This document shows, one piece after another, positions 17,921-24,892 of a stretch of 64,000 nucleotides of DNA (the stretch's first letter is position 1; each line of letters opens with the position of its first letter). The translations under genes and the position numbers were made by a program. Origin of the DNA: Candidatus Omnitrophota bacterium (GTDB taxonomy: Bacteria > Omnitrophota > Gorgyraeia > VGKH01); NCBI GenBank assembly GCA_022703055.1, contig JAKLEP010000002.1:22247-86246 (forward strand), given 5' to 3'. The notes below the pieces were generated by a model, which was given only the letters and a program-made list of their open reading frames with translations, was not told the origin of the DNA and did no database searches.

Positions 17921-19312
17921 TTACCTTTCTGTCTTCAGAATCTCGATTAGGGTATCGACAACTTCAGGATGGAATTGGCTTCCTCTATTGATGTTTAGCT
18001 GTTTCAAGGAGTCTTCTCTGGTTAAGGCCGGCCTGTAGGCGCGCGGAGAAGTCATGGCATCATATGCGTCGGCCACCGAAACAATCGCCGTAAAAATATT
18101 GATATTTTCTCCGTTGATTTTATCGGGATAACCGCCTCCGTCATAACGCTCATGATGACCTCGGACAATTGCCAGCATCTCTTCGGATATCGAAACCGGC
18201 TTTATGATATCTTCGCCGATAATGGGATGCTTTTGAATTGTGTCCCATTCTTCAGGAGTGAGTTTTCCCTCCTTGTTTAAAATACTTTCTTTGATTCCAA
18301 TCTTGCCAATATCATGCAGAAGCGCCGCCTCTTTCAGCAAATCAATCTTATCCTTGGGAAATCCCATTTTTATAGCTATTTTCTCGGCGAAATCGGCGAC
18401 TCTTTCCGAGTGGCCTCGAGTATATTGATCTTTTGCCTCCAAGATTCTTACCAAAGACTGGGCAATGCGATAAAAATAATCGAGAAGTTTCTTCCTTACA
18501 TCAAATAAATTTTCTGACATCTGGTTAAAAGACCGCGCAAGCTCTCCTATCTCATCGCTTGTCCTCACCCTGACGCGGTATCTAAGATCCCCCTCGGAAA
18601 TATGATAAGTTCCTTCTACCAACTCATTTATCGGATTAGTGATACTTTTAGAGATTAACATCCCAAGAAATATTGAAATGAATACCCCAAGAAGAAGAAC
18701 AAGAAAACCCCTCTGTTTAATCCCTTTCTGAAAGGCATAAACATCATCCGCTGCGACATCTACGCCTAACATCGCTATGGCTTTTCCGGTCTTATCGCGG
18801 ATAGGCGCATATCCGGAAAGAAAAACTCCCCATTGGTCGGTCTCAAGTTTCGTGTCTGCAGCCGGGCCGAAGAAAGCCTTGGCTATTTCGGTATATCTAG
18901 TAGCATTAAACTTATCGCCAGGATACGAAGTAATGCCATTGACTAACGGCTCAGGATCAACCACAAACTGCCATATACCCTCTTTATCGGTCTTGGCCAT
19001 TGTATAAATATACTTTATCGGAGGGTTAACTCTCTTGATAGCTCTTAGTTTTTCCGCGATTGTCTTATAGGCCTGGCTATTGACTCCGTCTTTTGTCATT
19101 GGAACCTGCGCCAATGTATCAGCGTCGACAAATAAGGCAGCGGTCTGGGCTATTACCTTTAATTTATCTCTTAGCTGGTTAAACTGCGCATCGTAGGAGA
19201 ATTTGTAAATAAGGTAATTGCTTAAAGTGGCGATAAAAAATAAGGATAGGACTAAAAGCAGGATAACTTTCAGCTGAAAACTTCTCCCGAATGGAATATT
19301 AATTGTTCTCAT
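17921..19312 (-). CDS. Membrane sensor HD-GYP phosphodiesterase (periplasmic sensor domain, HAMP, HD-GYP)
   Basis: 463 aa; TM, periplasmic Cache-like region, TM, HAMP (EIGELARSFNQMSENL), then HD-GYP motifs HDIGKIGI and HHERYDGGGYPD. Confidence 0.8.
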   Translation of the reverse strand: MRTINIPFGRSFQLKVILLLVLSLFFIATLSNYLIYKFSYDAQFNQLRDKLKVIAQTAALFVDADTLAQVPMTKDGVNSQAYKTIAEKLRAIKRVNPPIKYIYTMAKTDKEGIWQFVVDPEPLVNGITSYPGDKFNATRYTEIAKAFFGPAADTKLETDQWGVFLSGYAPIRDKTGKAIAMLGVDVAADDVYAFQKGIKQRGFLVLLLGVFISIFLGMLISKSITNPINELVEGTYHISEGDLRYRVRVRTSDEIGELARSFNQMSENLFDVRKKLLDYFYRIAQSLVRILEAKDQYTRGHSERVADFAEKIAIKMGFPKDKIDLLKEAALLHDIGKIGIKESILNKEGKLTPEEWDTIQKHPIIGEDIIKPVSISEEMLAIVRGHHERYDGGGYPDKINGENINIFTAIVSVADAYDAMTSPRAYRPALTREDSLKQLNINRGSQFHPEVVDTLIEILKTER

Positions 19313-19383
19313 AGGCCAATCTCTAAACTTGTAAGGACTATATTTTACCGAAGTTTAGTAGTTTTGGCAATATAAAAATAGTC

Positions 19384-19420
19384 AGGGGGCGTCCGCCAAT
19401 GCTGCATTGGCGGACGCCCC
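19384..19420 (-). terminator. Intrinsic terminator after spoVG
   Basis: GGGGGCGTCCGCCAATGC…GCATTGGCGGACGCCCCC near-perfect GC-rich stem, followed on the minus strand by TGACTATTTTTATATTG. Confidence 0.55.
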
Positions 19421-19448
19421 CAACTGTCCTACGGGTTGTTAAGCTTAA

Positions 19449-19712
19449 CTATTCGTTTTTATACGCTTCCAGGACTATACTGGAAATCTCTTGCTGTATT
19501 TCTTTAGAGACAAGACTCACGGTATCGTACCAGCGTTTGTCTTTGCCCTGGTCTTTGGGCATACTCACAAACAATCCTTTCTTGCCTTCGATAATCCTCA
19601 AGCCTTTTATCAAAAGCTCGTCGTTAACCAGGATATCTGCGAATGCCTTGACCGGACCGTCGGTCTCTAATTTGTACATCCTGCCGATTTTAAAATTCAA
19701 TCCATTACTCAT
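19449..19712 (-). CDS. spoVG: Septation protein SpoVG
   Basis: 87 aa; …VKAFADILVNDELLIKGLRIIEGKKGLFVSMP… GGAGG RBS. Confidence 0.85.
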   Translation of the reverse strand: MSNGLNFKIGRMYKLETDGPVKAFADILVNDELLIKGLRIIEGKKGLFVSMPKDQGKDKRWYDTVSLVSKEIQQEISSIVLEAYKNE

Positions 19713-19723
19713 CTATGCCTCCT

Positions 19724-20149
19724 TTAAACTAAAAAGTAAAAAGAAAAAAGTAAAAACCAAAAGGCAAAAGTCAAAAGTCTTCTCCGATTCTCTTTCAGGG
19801 TTAAGATGCTCGAAGCTAAAATATTCGATAATTCTGTGGTCTCATTTAAAAGCTCTGTTATATTCTCGAACGGACCTTCGATAGAATCCCTAATTAACTC
19901 TAGCCAAAATTTACTCTCATTAGCTGATTTGAGAGCGTGGCGATAAAAATTAGAGAAATCTTTTTTAGAAGCAGAAACTTGAGCTTCTATAATATTAGCA
20001 CCAACAGAAGTTGCTGAACGTAAAAGCTGCTGAGCCATCACTTGCGATATATAGTCTTTAGGGATGCTTCTAAGAAACTTGATTATATCTGCGGAGTAAA
20101 GATAGCTTCGTTTTCTTAAATTATAAACCTTATTCTTTTTCTCTTCCAT
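19724..20149 (-). CDS. Four-helix-bundle protein (TIGR02436 / 23S rRNA intervening-sequence protein family), copy A
   Basis: …QLLRSATSVGANIIEAQVSASKKDFSNFYRHALKSANESKFWLELI… family signature. The C-terminal approximately 19 aa (NRRRLLTFAFWFLLFSFYFLV) are read out of the flanking AAAAGTAAAAAG repeat. Confidence 0.8.
   Translation of the reverse strand: MEEKKNKVYNLRKRSYLYSADIIKFLRSIPKDYISQVMAQQLLRSATSVGANIIEAQVSASKKDFSNFYRHALKSANESKFWLELIRDSIEGPFENITELLNETTELSNILASSILTLKENRRRLLTFAFWFLLFSFYFLV
19730..19779. repeat. Left terminal inverted repeat of four-helix-bundle cassette A
   Basis: AAAAAGTAAAAAGAAAAAAGTAAAAACCAAAAGGCAAAAGTCAAAAGTC is the imperfect reverse complement of 20150-20200. Confidence 0.6.
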
Positions 20150-20200
20150 TTTTACTTTTTACTTTAACTTTTTTCTTTTTCGTTTTTACTTCTTACTTTT
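20150..20200. repeat. Right terminal inverted repeat of four-helix-bundle cassette A
   Basis: TTTTTACTTTTTACTTTAACTTTTTTCTTTTTCGTTTTTACTTCTTACTTTT; begins 1 nt after the ATG of copy A. Confidence 0.6.
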
Positions 20201-20227
20201 ATTCAATTCAGCGCCATAAGCAAAAAA

Positions 20228-20641
20228 CTATTCAGCCTTTGCTTGTTGTTTTAAAACGCACTTGCCACAAGGCGTCAGGCCCTTAGCTTCGGCCTCAGTA
20301 ACTGACATGCCTGCAGTTTCTTTATTTTTGATTAACGAACATCCTGGCTGGTGATATTTCTTGCCGTTTTTAGTGGCATAGACCATGCCTTCGGTTTTTT
20401 CCTGCTTTACTTGTTTATCGATTGCTTCTTCTTCGCCAAAGCATCTCCCACAAGGCTCCAAGCCCTTGGCCTTGGCATTTTCGATATCGATTGCCTGCGT
20501 ATCTCTATTTTTAATAAACCGGCAATCCTGTTTGTGATATTTTGTACCTTGCTTAGTAACATAGACATCCTCAGCAAAAGCTGCGGAGGCTGTTGTCAAA
20601 AATACTAAACACAAAATCAATGATGCTAATTTCTTAAGCAT
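20228..20641 (-). CDS. Secreted protein with two tandem His/Cys repeats (putative metal-binding)
   Basis: Signal peptide MLKKLASLILCLVFLTTASAAFA. Two ~45-aa repeats, YVTKQGTKYHKQDCRFIKNRDTQAIDIENAKAKGLEPCGRC and YATKNGKKYHQPGCSLIKNKETAGMSVTEAEAKGLTPCGKC. Confidence 0.5.
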   Translation of the reverse strand: MLKKLASLILCLVFLTTASAAFAEDVYVTKQGTKYHKQDCRFIKNRDTQAIDIENAKAKGLEPCGRCFGEEEAIDKQVKQEKTEGMVYATKNGKKYHQPGCSLIKNKETAGMSVTEAEAKGLTPCGKCVLKQQAKAE

Positions 20642-20681
20642 TTCCCCTTTCCTCCTTTCAAAAGCTGCTCGTCCATTCTGC

Positions 20682-22316
20682 TTATGGCTGCTGAATAACT
20701 TTATTATTTAAACAGCGGGATAAATATCCGCCGGTCAAAGCATCAATTGAGGCCGTCAGCTCTTCTAATCTCAAGGTCTCATCCAGCCTTTCGCTTGCCT
20801 CTTCAGGAGGTGAGATTAGAAGCTCTGTCTGAAGCCGACGGCGCTCAAAGTACAATCGTGTTACTTCATCTAAAATTGACTCCCTTAGTTCAACCATTAA
20901 TTTAGAACGGGAATCTATAGATGTCTGGTCCGGATTCCAAATCAGCTCACCCACATCCCAGCTTAATGACAATCCCCAATCCCTCGGACCAACAAATGCC
21001 CTTTCGTAGCTAGAAGATAGAGACGTTGCCACAGTCTTATCGTAATCTAAACTTACTGACGGCATAAGAGCAGCAAGCTGCGCGCGCCTGCGCCAGCTTT
21101 TTATTTTCCGTGGATCAACCTCTGCGTATCTTATCGCCTGTTTCTGGATTTCCTGAATAGAGGGCTCGTCCTTAAATACTTCTTGAGTATTTTTTTGCTC
21201 GTCTCGTTTCATTGCAGGTAAATCCCGGGACGAGCCCCTAAACACTCCTTCATCAGTTGCAGCCCAAAGATTCCTAGAGGAGTCCGTGGCTAGGAAATTA
21301 ATATTATTAGCGGTCATTCCCTTATAAAACTGTTGCCATTTACCACCGTTAAATTCAAAAACACCTTTTTCTGTACCAACAACTAAATTATTATTATCTA
21401 GAAATTGAATACATTTTATATTCTGACTTAACAATCCTCCTGAATTTAATCTCTGCCAGGATTCGCCGTCATCTTGGGAATAAAACAAACCTTCATCTGA
21501 GCTAAAATAAATATTACGAGAGTTCTTGTGATCGATTTTAATATCGGTTATGCGTGATGTTCCTTTTGATTCTTCGGCTGCATAATCGCTATCGCCATTA
21601 TTATTTTCCGGGCTCTCTTGGCCTGTTATGGAATATAATTTATCTTGTGAATCTAAATCCGAGCTTAAAACATATACGCCTTCGATAGTGGCGAGAAAAA
21701 TCTGCTCTGCGCCTGCGGCCATAGCGATAATTTCAATGGTGCCAAGCTTCCCTGATAATCTATCCCAAGTCTTGGCATTATCCCTCGTAAAAAATAATCC
21801 TTCTTTGGTGCCAAGAAGGATTATATCTTTAAGAATCAAAACCGTTTTGCAATAACGCTGCATTTCGTTTTTACCGCGAAAAATATTCTGCCAGCTTTTC
21901 CCCTCATTTCGGCTGATGAATAATCCATCGGCGGTCGCAGCGAATATATCCTGCGGGCAAGATCTATCTTGCGCAAGGTAATTAACTCCTCCAGATTTTG
22001 GAATATTTAGAATCTTCTTATAATATTTCCCCTGGTCATTTGAAACATAAAGAGCGCGGTCAGTACCGACAAAAAATTGATTCCTATCCTCAAAATCAAA
22101 TAATATACATTTAACATTCTTTTCCCTTAAGCCATCGGAAGAATCCTGCCATAAAATATTACTATCGGAACGGGTTATTACTAATAAACTTAAAATAAAA
22201 ACAAAGATATAGACAATGCCAGAAAGCAACCTATTATGTTTGAAATTTCGAATTGCAAACTTAAAAGTCAAAAGGAAAAAGTAAAAAGCACAAGTTAAAA
22301 TTAAAAAGTTTTTCAT
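20682..22316 (-). CDS. Membrane-anchored beta-propeller protein (BNR/Asp-box or Reg_prop-like repeats) with an unknown C-terminal domain
   Basis: 544 aa; repeated …G(K/E)(S/T)W(Q/D)…L… motifs (GKSWQNI, AKTWDRL, GESWQRL, LWAATDEGVF). The annotated N-terminus is encoded by the inverted-repeat DNA of cassette B, so the real start is probably internal. Confidence 0.55.
   Translation of the reverse strand: MKNFLILTCAFYFFLLTFKFAIRNFKHNRLLSGIVYIFVFILSLLVITRSDSNILWQDSSDGLREKNVKCILFDFEDRNQFFVGTDRALYVSNDQGKYYKKILNIPKSGGVNYLAQDRSCPQDIFAATADGLFISRNEGKSWQNIFRGKNEMQRYCKTVLILKDIILLGTKEGLFFTRDNAKTWDRLSGKLGTIEIIAMAAGAEQIFLATIEGVYVLSSDLDSQDKLYSITGQESPENNNGDSDYAAEESKGTSRITDIKIDHKNSRNIYFSSDEGLFYSQDDGESWQRLNSGGLLSQNIKCIQFLDNNNLVVGTEKGVFEFNGGKWQQFYKGMTANNINFLATDSSRNLWAATDEGVFRGSSRDLPAMKRDEQKNTQEVFKDEPSIQEIQKQAIRYAEVDPRKIKSWRRRAQLAALMPSVSLDYDKTVATSLSSSYERAFVGPRDWGLSLSWDVGELIWNPDQTSIDSRSKLMVELRESILDEVTRLYFERRRLQTELLISPPEEASERLDETLRLEELTASIDALTGGYLSRCLNNKVIQQP
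22263..22308. repeat. Left terminal inverted repeat of four-helix-bundle cassette B
   Basis: AAAGTCAAAAGGAAAAAGTAAAAAGCACAAGTTAAAATTAAAAAG is near-identical to the reverse complement of 22682-22731. Confidence 0.65.
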
Positions 22317-22681
22317 CTCTTTCCTTTCAGACTCAAAATGCTTGCAGCGAGAATATTGGATAATTCAATTGTTTCATCAGAGATTATTTTAGTTTTATCA
22401 AAAGGGACTCTATGAGAATCTAAAAGCAAAGAAAGCCAGAATTTGCTTTCATTTGCAGATTTTAATGAATGGCTATAAAAATTAGTAAAATCTTTTTTGG
22501 AACTTGAAGCTTGAGCTTCAATGATATTGGCACCTATTGATGTTGCGGAACGAAGAAGTTGCCTGCCAATTATTATTGAGATGTAGTCTTTGGGTAGATT
22601 TTCGATAAAATTTATAATATCAAGCGCATATAGGTAAGTGCGCTTTCTTAAATCATAAATTTTATGTCTTGGCTCTTCCAT
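22313..22681 (-). CDS. Four-helix-bundle protein (TIGR02436 family), copy B
   Basis: 122 aa; …RQLLRSATSIGANIIEAQASSSKKDFTNFYSHSLKSANESKFWLSLL…; paralog of copy A. Confidence 0.8.
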   Translation of the reverse strand: MEEPRHKIYDLRKRTYLYALDIINFIENLPKDYISIIIGRQLLRSATSIGANIIEAQASSSKKDFTNFYSHSLKSANESKFWLSLLLDSHRVPFDKTKIISDETIELSNILAASILSLKGKR

Positions 22682-22731
22682 TTTAACTTTTAACTTGTGC
22701 TTTTGCCTTTTTACTTCTCATTTTTGACTTT
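22682..22731. repeat. Right terminal inverted repeat of four-helix-bundle cassette B
   Basis: TTTTAACTTTTAACTTGTGCTTTTGCCTTTTTACTTCTCATTTTTGACTTT; starts 1 nt after the start codon of copy B. Confidence 0.65.
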
Positions 22732-22743
22732 AGGATACTTTTA

Positions 22744-22902
22744 TTAATTTTCCTCATAATATTCCTCCATTAGCTTGGCAAGGTCATAGATTATAAAATC
22801 GGGGACGTAAAGATTAGGATACAGAAGTATTCTGTGTTTTAAGGCTTGAAATGTTCTCTCGGTTTTTTTAATTCTCAGGTGGGTTGTTTTGTCCTCTTGC
22901 AT
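22744..22902 (-). CDS. Small hypothetical ORF (52 aa), not in ORF track
   Basis: MQEDKTTHLRIKKTERTFQALKHRILLYPNLYVPDFIIYDLAKLMEEYYEEN with a GGGAGAAAGG RBS-like stretch about 12 nt upstream. Weak support. Confidence 0.3.
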   Translation of the reverse strand: MQEDKTTHLRIKKTERTFQALKHRILLYPNLYVPDFIIYDLAKLMEEYYEEN

Positions 22903-23010
22903 TAACTTGCTGCCTTTCTCCCGTGGACGCTTGGAAGTATAGCATGTATTTGATTATTTGTCAAGGTTGATTTGCGTAAAAGTTAAATTATTATTCAGTG
23001 TAATTATTAT

Positions 23011-23033
23011 AACTTGTTAGTAATTAACAAGTT
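23011..23033. promoter_or_regulatory. Candidate operator: 9-bp perfect inverted repeat AACTTGTTA-gtaat-TAACAAGTT upstream of the XRE/cupin regulator
   Basis: Perfect palindrome about 50 nt upstream of a TTGACA(23083-23088)-N17-TAATCT(23106-23111) promoter-like element and the AGGAGG RBS of the regulator. Confidence 0.4.
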
Positions 23034-23143
23034 GATAAAATTGACCAAAAAATGAAATATTTTTTGTTTATACAATTTAGACTTGACAATTCATCAATGC
23101 TATGTTAATCTTTAGATTAGAAAAACACTTCAGGAGGAATAAG

Positions 23144-23695
23144 ATGAAAATCGGAGACAGGATTCGAGAATTAAGAAAATCGCGCAAGATGACGCTGGTG
23201 GAATTATCACAAAATAGCGGCGTGCAGCTTGCAACTTTGAGCCGTATTGAGAACCTCAAGATGACCGGCACCCTCGATTCCCATATCAACATCGCCAAGG
23301 CGCTGGGAGTTAATTTAAGCGAGCTATACAAAGACATCGGAGTTGAAGAAAAAACTATAGATGTCCAATCGCAGGACTCAAGAAGCGAAGTATTCTTGCA
23401 CAGCGATAAAGCAGCTTATGAGATGCTCACCAACAAGGTACTTGAGAAGAAAATGATGCCTATACTTTTAAAGATTGAACCTCAGGGCAAGACCCAGCAA
23501 GAACAAAATAATCTCGGCACGGAAAAATTTATTTTCTGCCTGGAAGGAAAAATCGAAGCAGTGATAGATAATAAAAGCTCAATACTGAGCAAAAATGCCA
23601 CGCTCTATTTTGATGCATCCCTCCCCCACTATTTTAAAAACTTAGGAAAGACCAAGGCGCTGGCGATATGCGTGATTACGCCACCGGCATTGTAA
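23144..23695 (+). CDS. XRE-family HTH transcriptional regulator with C-terminal cupin domain
   Basis: Start chosen at MKIGDRIRELRKSRKMTLVELSQNSGVQLATLSRIEN (HTH_3), preceded by AGGAGG. The C-terminal half has a cupin-like beta pattern. Confidence 0.8.
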   Translation: MKIGDRIRELRKSRKMTLVELSQNSGVQLATLSRIENLKMTGTLDSHINIAKALGVNLSELYKDIGVEEKTIDVQSQDSRSEVFLHSDKAAYEMLTNKVLEKKMMPILLKIEPQGKTQQEQNNLGTEKFIFCLEGKIEAVIDNKSSILSKNATLYFDASLPHYFKNLGKTKALAICVITPPAL

Positions 23696-23714
23696 TAGGA
23701 GGTCAAATGACGAC

Positions 23715-24077
23715 CGAACTTATGGAGTTTGAAAAACGACATAAGTTCGTAGTCGGAATTTGACCCAGCACTAATTTTATGAATATATATTGGATTTATA
23801 TCTTAAAGAACAAAAATACTGGAGAGCCTTATTACGGATATACAAATAACTTAGACAGGCGTTTAAAAGAACATGATATTGATAATAAATGGAAATTTAT
23901 TGGTTGTGAAGGTTATGTCTCCGAATTAGATGCTAGGGAAAGAGAAAGAAAATTAAAACATTATGGTCAAGCACGAACCCATCTTAAGAACCGGCTTAGA
24001 AAATCATTCCAATAGTAAAATTAGTGCTGGGTTCAATTCGCCCAAGCGACTTATGTTCACTTTGTTCCATAAGTCGC
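23715..24077 (+). mobile_element. Hairpin-bracketed GIY-YIG mini-cassette (putative selfish/homing-endonuclease-like insertion)
   Basis: Layout: left hairpin CGAACTTATG-(15 nt)-CATAAGTTCG at 23715-23749; a 16-18-bp perfect inverted repeat ACCCAGCACTAATTTT / AAAATTAGTGCTGGGT abutting the start (23763-23778) and stop (24017-24032) of the GIY-YIG ORF; right hairpin GCGACTTATG-(12 nt)-CATAAGTCGC at 24046-24077. Confidence 0.45.
23779..24015 (+). CDS. Small GIY-YIG nuclease-domain protein (UPF0213/YhbQ-like)
   Basis: 78 aa; IYWIYILKNKNTGEPYYGYTNNLDRRLKEH matches GIY-x10-YIG…R…E. Confidence 0.75.
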   Translation: MNIYWIYILKNKNTGEPYYGYTNNLDRRLKEHDIDNKWKFIGCEGYVSELDARERERKLKHYGQARTHLKNRLRKSFQ

Positions 24078-24098
24078 GGGCTCATTGAAGGAGGAAAA

Positions 24099-24455
24099 AT
24101 GCCTAAATATAAGATTTTGATCTGTGATGATGAACTGGGTATCAGAGAATCACTAAAATTAATTTTAGAGAAGGATTATGAGATCATTGAAGCTACTAAC
24201 GGCAAAGATTGCCTGGAGAATTTAAAAAACAATCCCGTAGATTTAATCTTAATGGATATCAAAATGCCCAAGGCCAGCGGACTGGATATCCTAAAAGAAA
24301 TCAAATCAATTAATCCCGCCATAAAAGTAATCATGATCACAGGCTACAAGTCGGTCGAAACAGCGACAGAAGCCATCCGCGCCGGAGCTAGCGATTACAT
24401 CGTCAAGCCATTTTCGTCTAAGGATGTCTTGGAAGCAATTCGGAAAATCCTCTAA
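24099..24455 (+). CDS. Stand-alone response-regulator receiver domain (CheY-like)
   Basis: Start at MPKYKILICDDELG after a GAAGGAGG RBS. Phospho-acceptor context LILMDIKMP and the T/K motifs. Confidence 0.8.
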   Translation: MPKYKILICDDELGIRESLKLILEKDYEIIEATNGKDCLENLKNNPVDLILMDIKMPKASGLDILKEIKSINPAIKVIMITGYKSVETATEAIRAGASDYIVKPFSSKDVLEAIRKIL

Positions 24456-24485
24456 AACCAGCCTCTAGGATTTAGGGTTTAGCAC

Positions 24486-24504
24486 TTAGGGTATAGGGTA
24501 TAGC
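24486..24504. repeat. Left inverted repeat of four-helix-bundle cassette C
   Basis: TTAGGGTATAGGGTATAGC directly before the ATG; reverse complement of CCACCCTATACCCT at 24876-24890. Confidence 0.5.
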
Positions 24505-24891
24505 ATGAAACTACAATCGTATAAAGACCTCATTGTTTGGCAAAAATCCATAGAGCTGGTTATAGAAATTTATAATCTTACCAGATTATTCCCTAAAAGC
24601 GAAGTTTACGGATTGGTTTCTCAAATGAGGCGAGCTGCCATAGCTATTCCTTCTAATATCGCTGAAGGATATCGCAGAAAACACATAAAAGAATATATCC
24701 AGTTCCTCTACGTAGCAAATGGCTCAGCTTCTGAACTTGAAACACAAATTGATATCGCTAGAAAATTAGAAGAAACAATAGATTTGGATTATTCGAAGTG
24801 CGATAATTTAATTGCGGAAGTCTTAAAGATGTTGAACGTGCTGATTGCGAAACTTGAAACTAAACGCTACCCCCTCCACCCTATACCCTGA
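24505..24891 (+). CDS. Four-helix-bundle protein (TIGR02436 family), copy C
   Basis: 128 aa; …VSQMRRAAIAIPSNIAEGYRRKHIKEYIQFLYVANGSASELETQIDIARKLE… family signature. The stop lies 1 nt from the stop of the convergent HD-GYP gene. Confidence 0.8.
   Translation: MKLQSYKDLIVWQKSIELVIEIYNLTRLFPKSEVYGLVSQMRRAAIAIPSNIAEGYRRKHIKEYIQFLYVANGSASELETQIDIARKLEETIDLDYSKCDNLIAEVLKMLNVLIAKLETKRYPLHPIP
24876..24890. repeat. Right inverted repeat of four-helix-bundle cassette C
   Basis: CCACCCTATACCCTG lies inside the last codons of copy C and pairs with 24486-24504. Confidence 0.5.
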
Positions 24892-24892
24892 A

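Noticed and set aside
19730-22731. AAAAGTAAAAAG-type repeats as a possible CRISPR array
   Set aside because: There are no regularly spaced identical direct repeats with unique spacers. The units are degenerate, A-rich and arranged as inverted pairs around ORFs.
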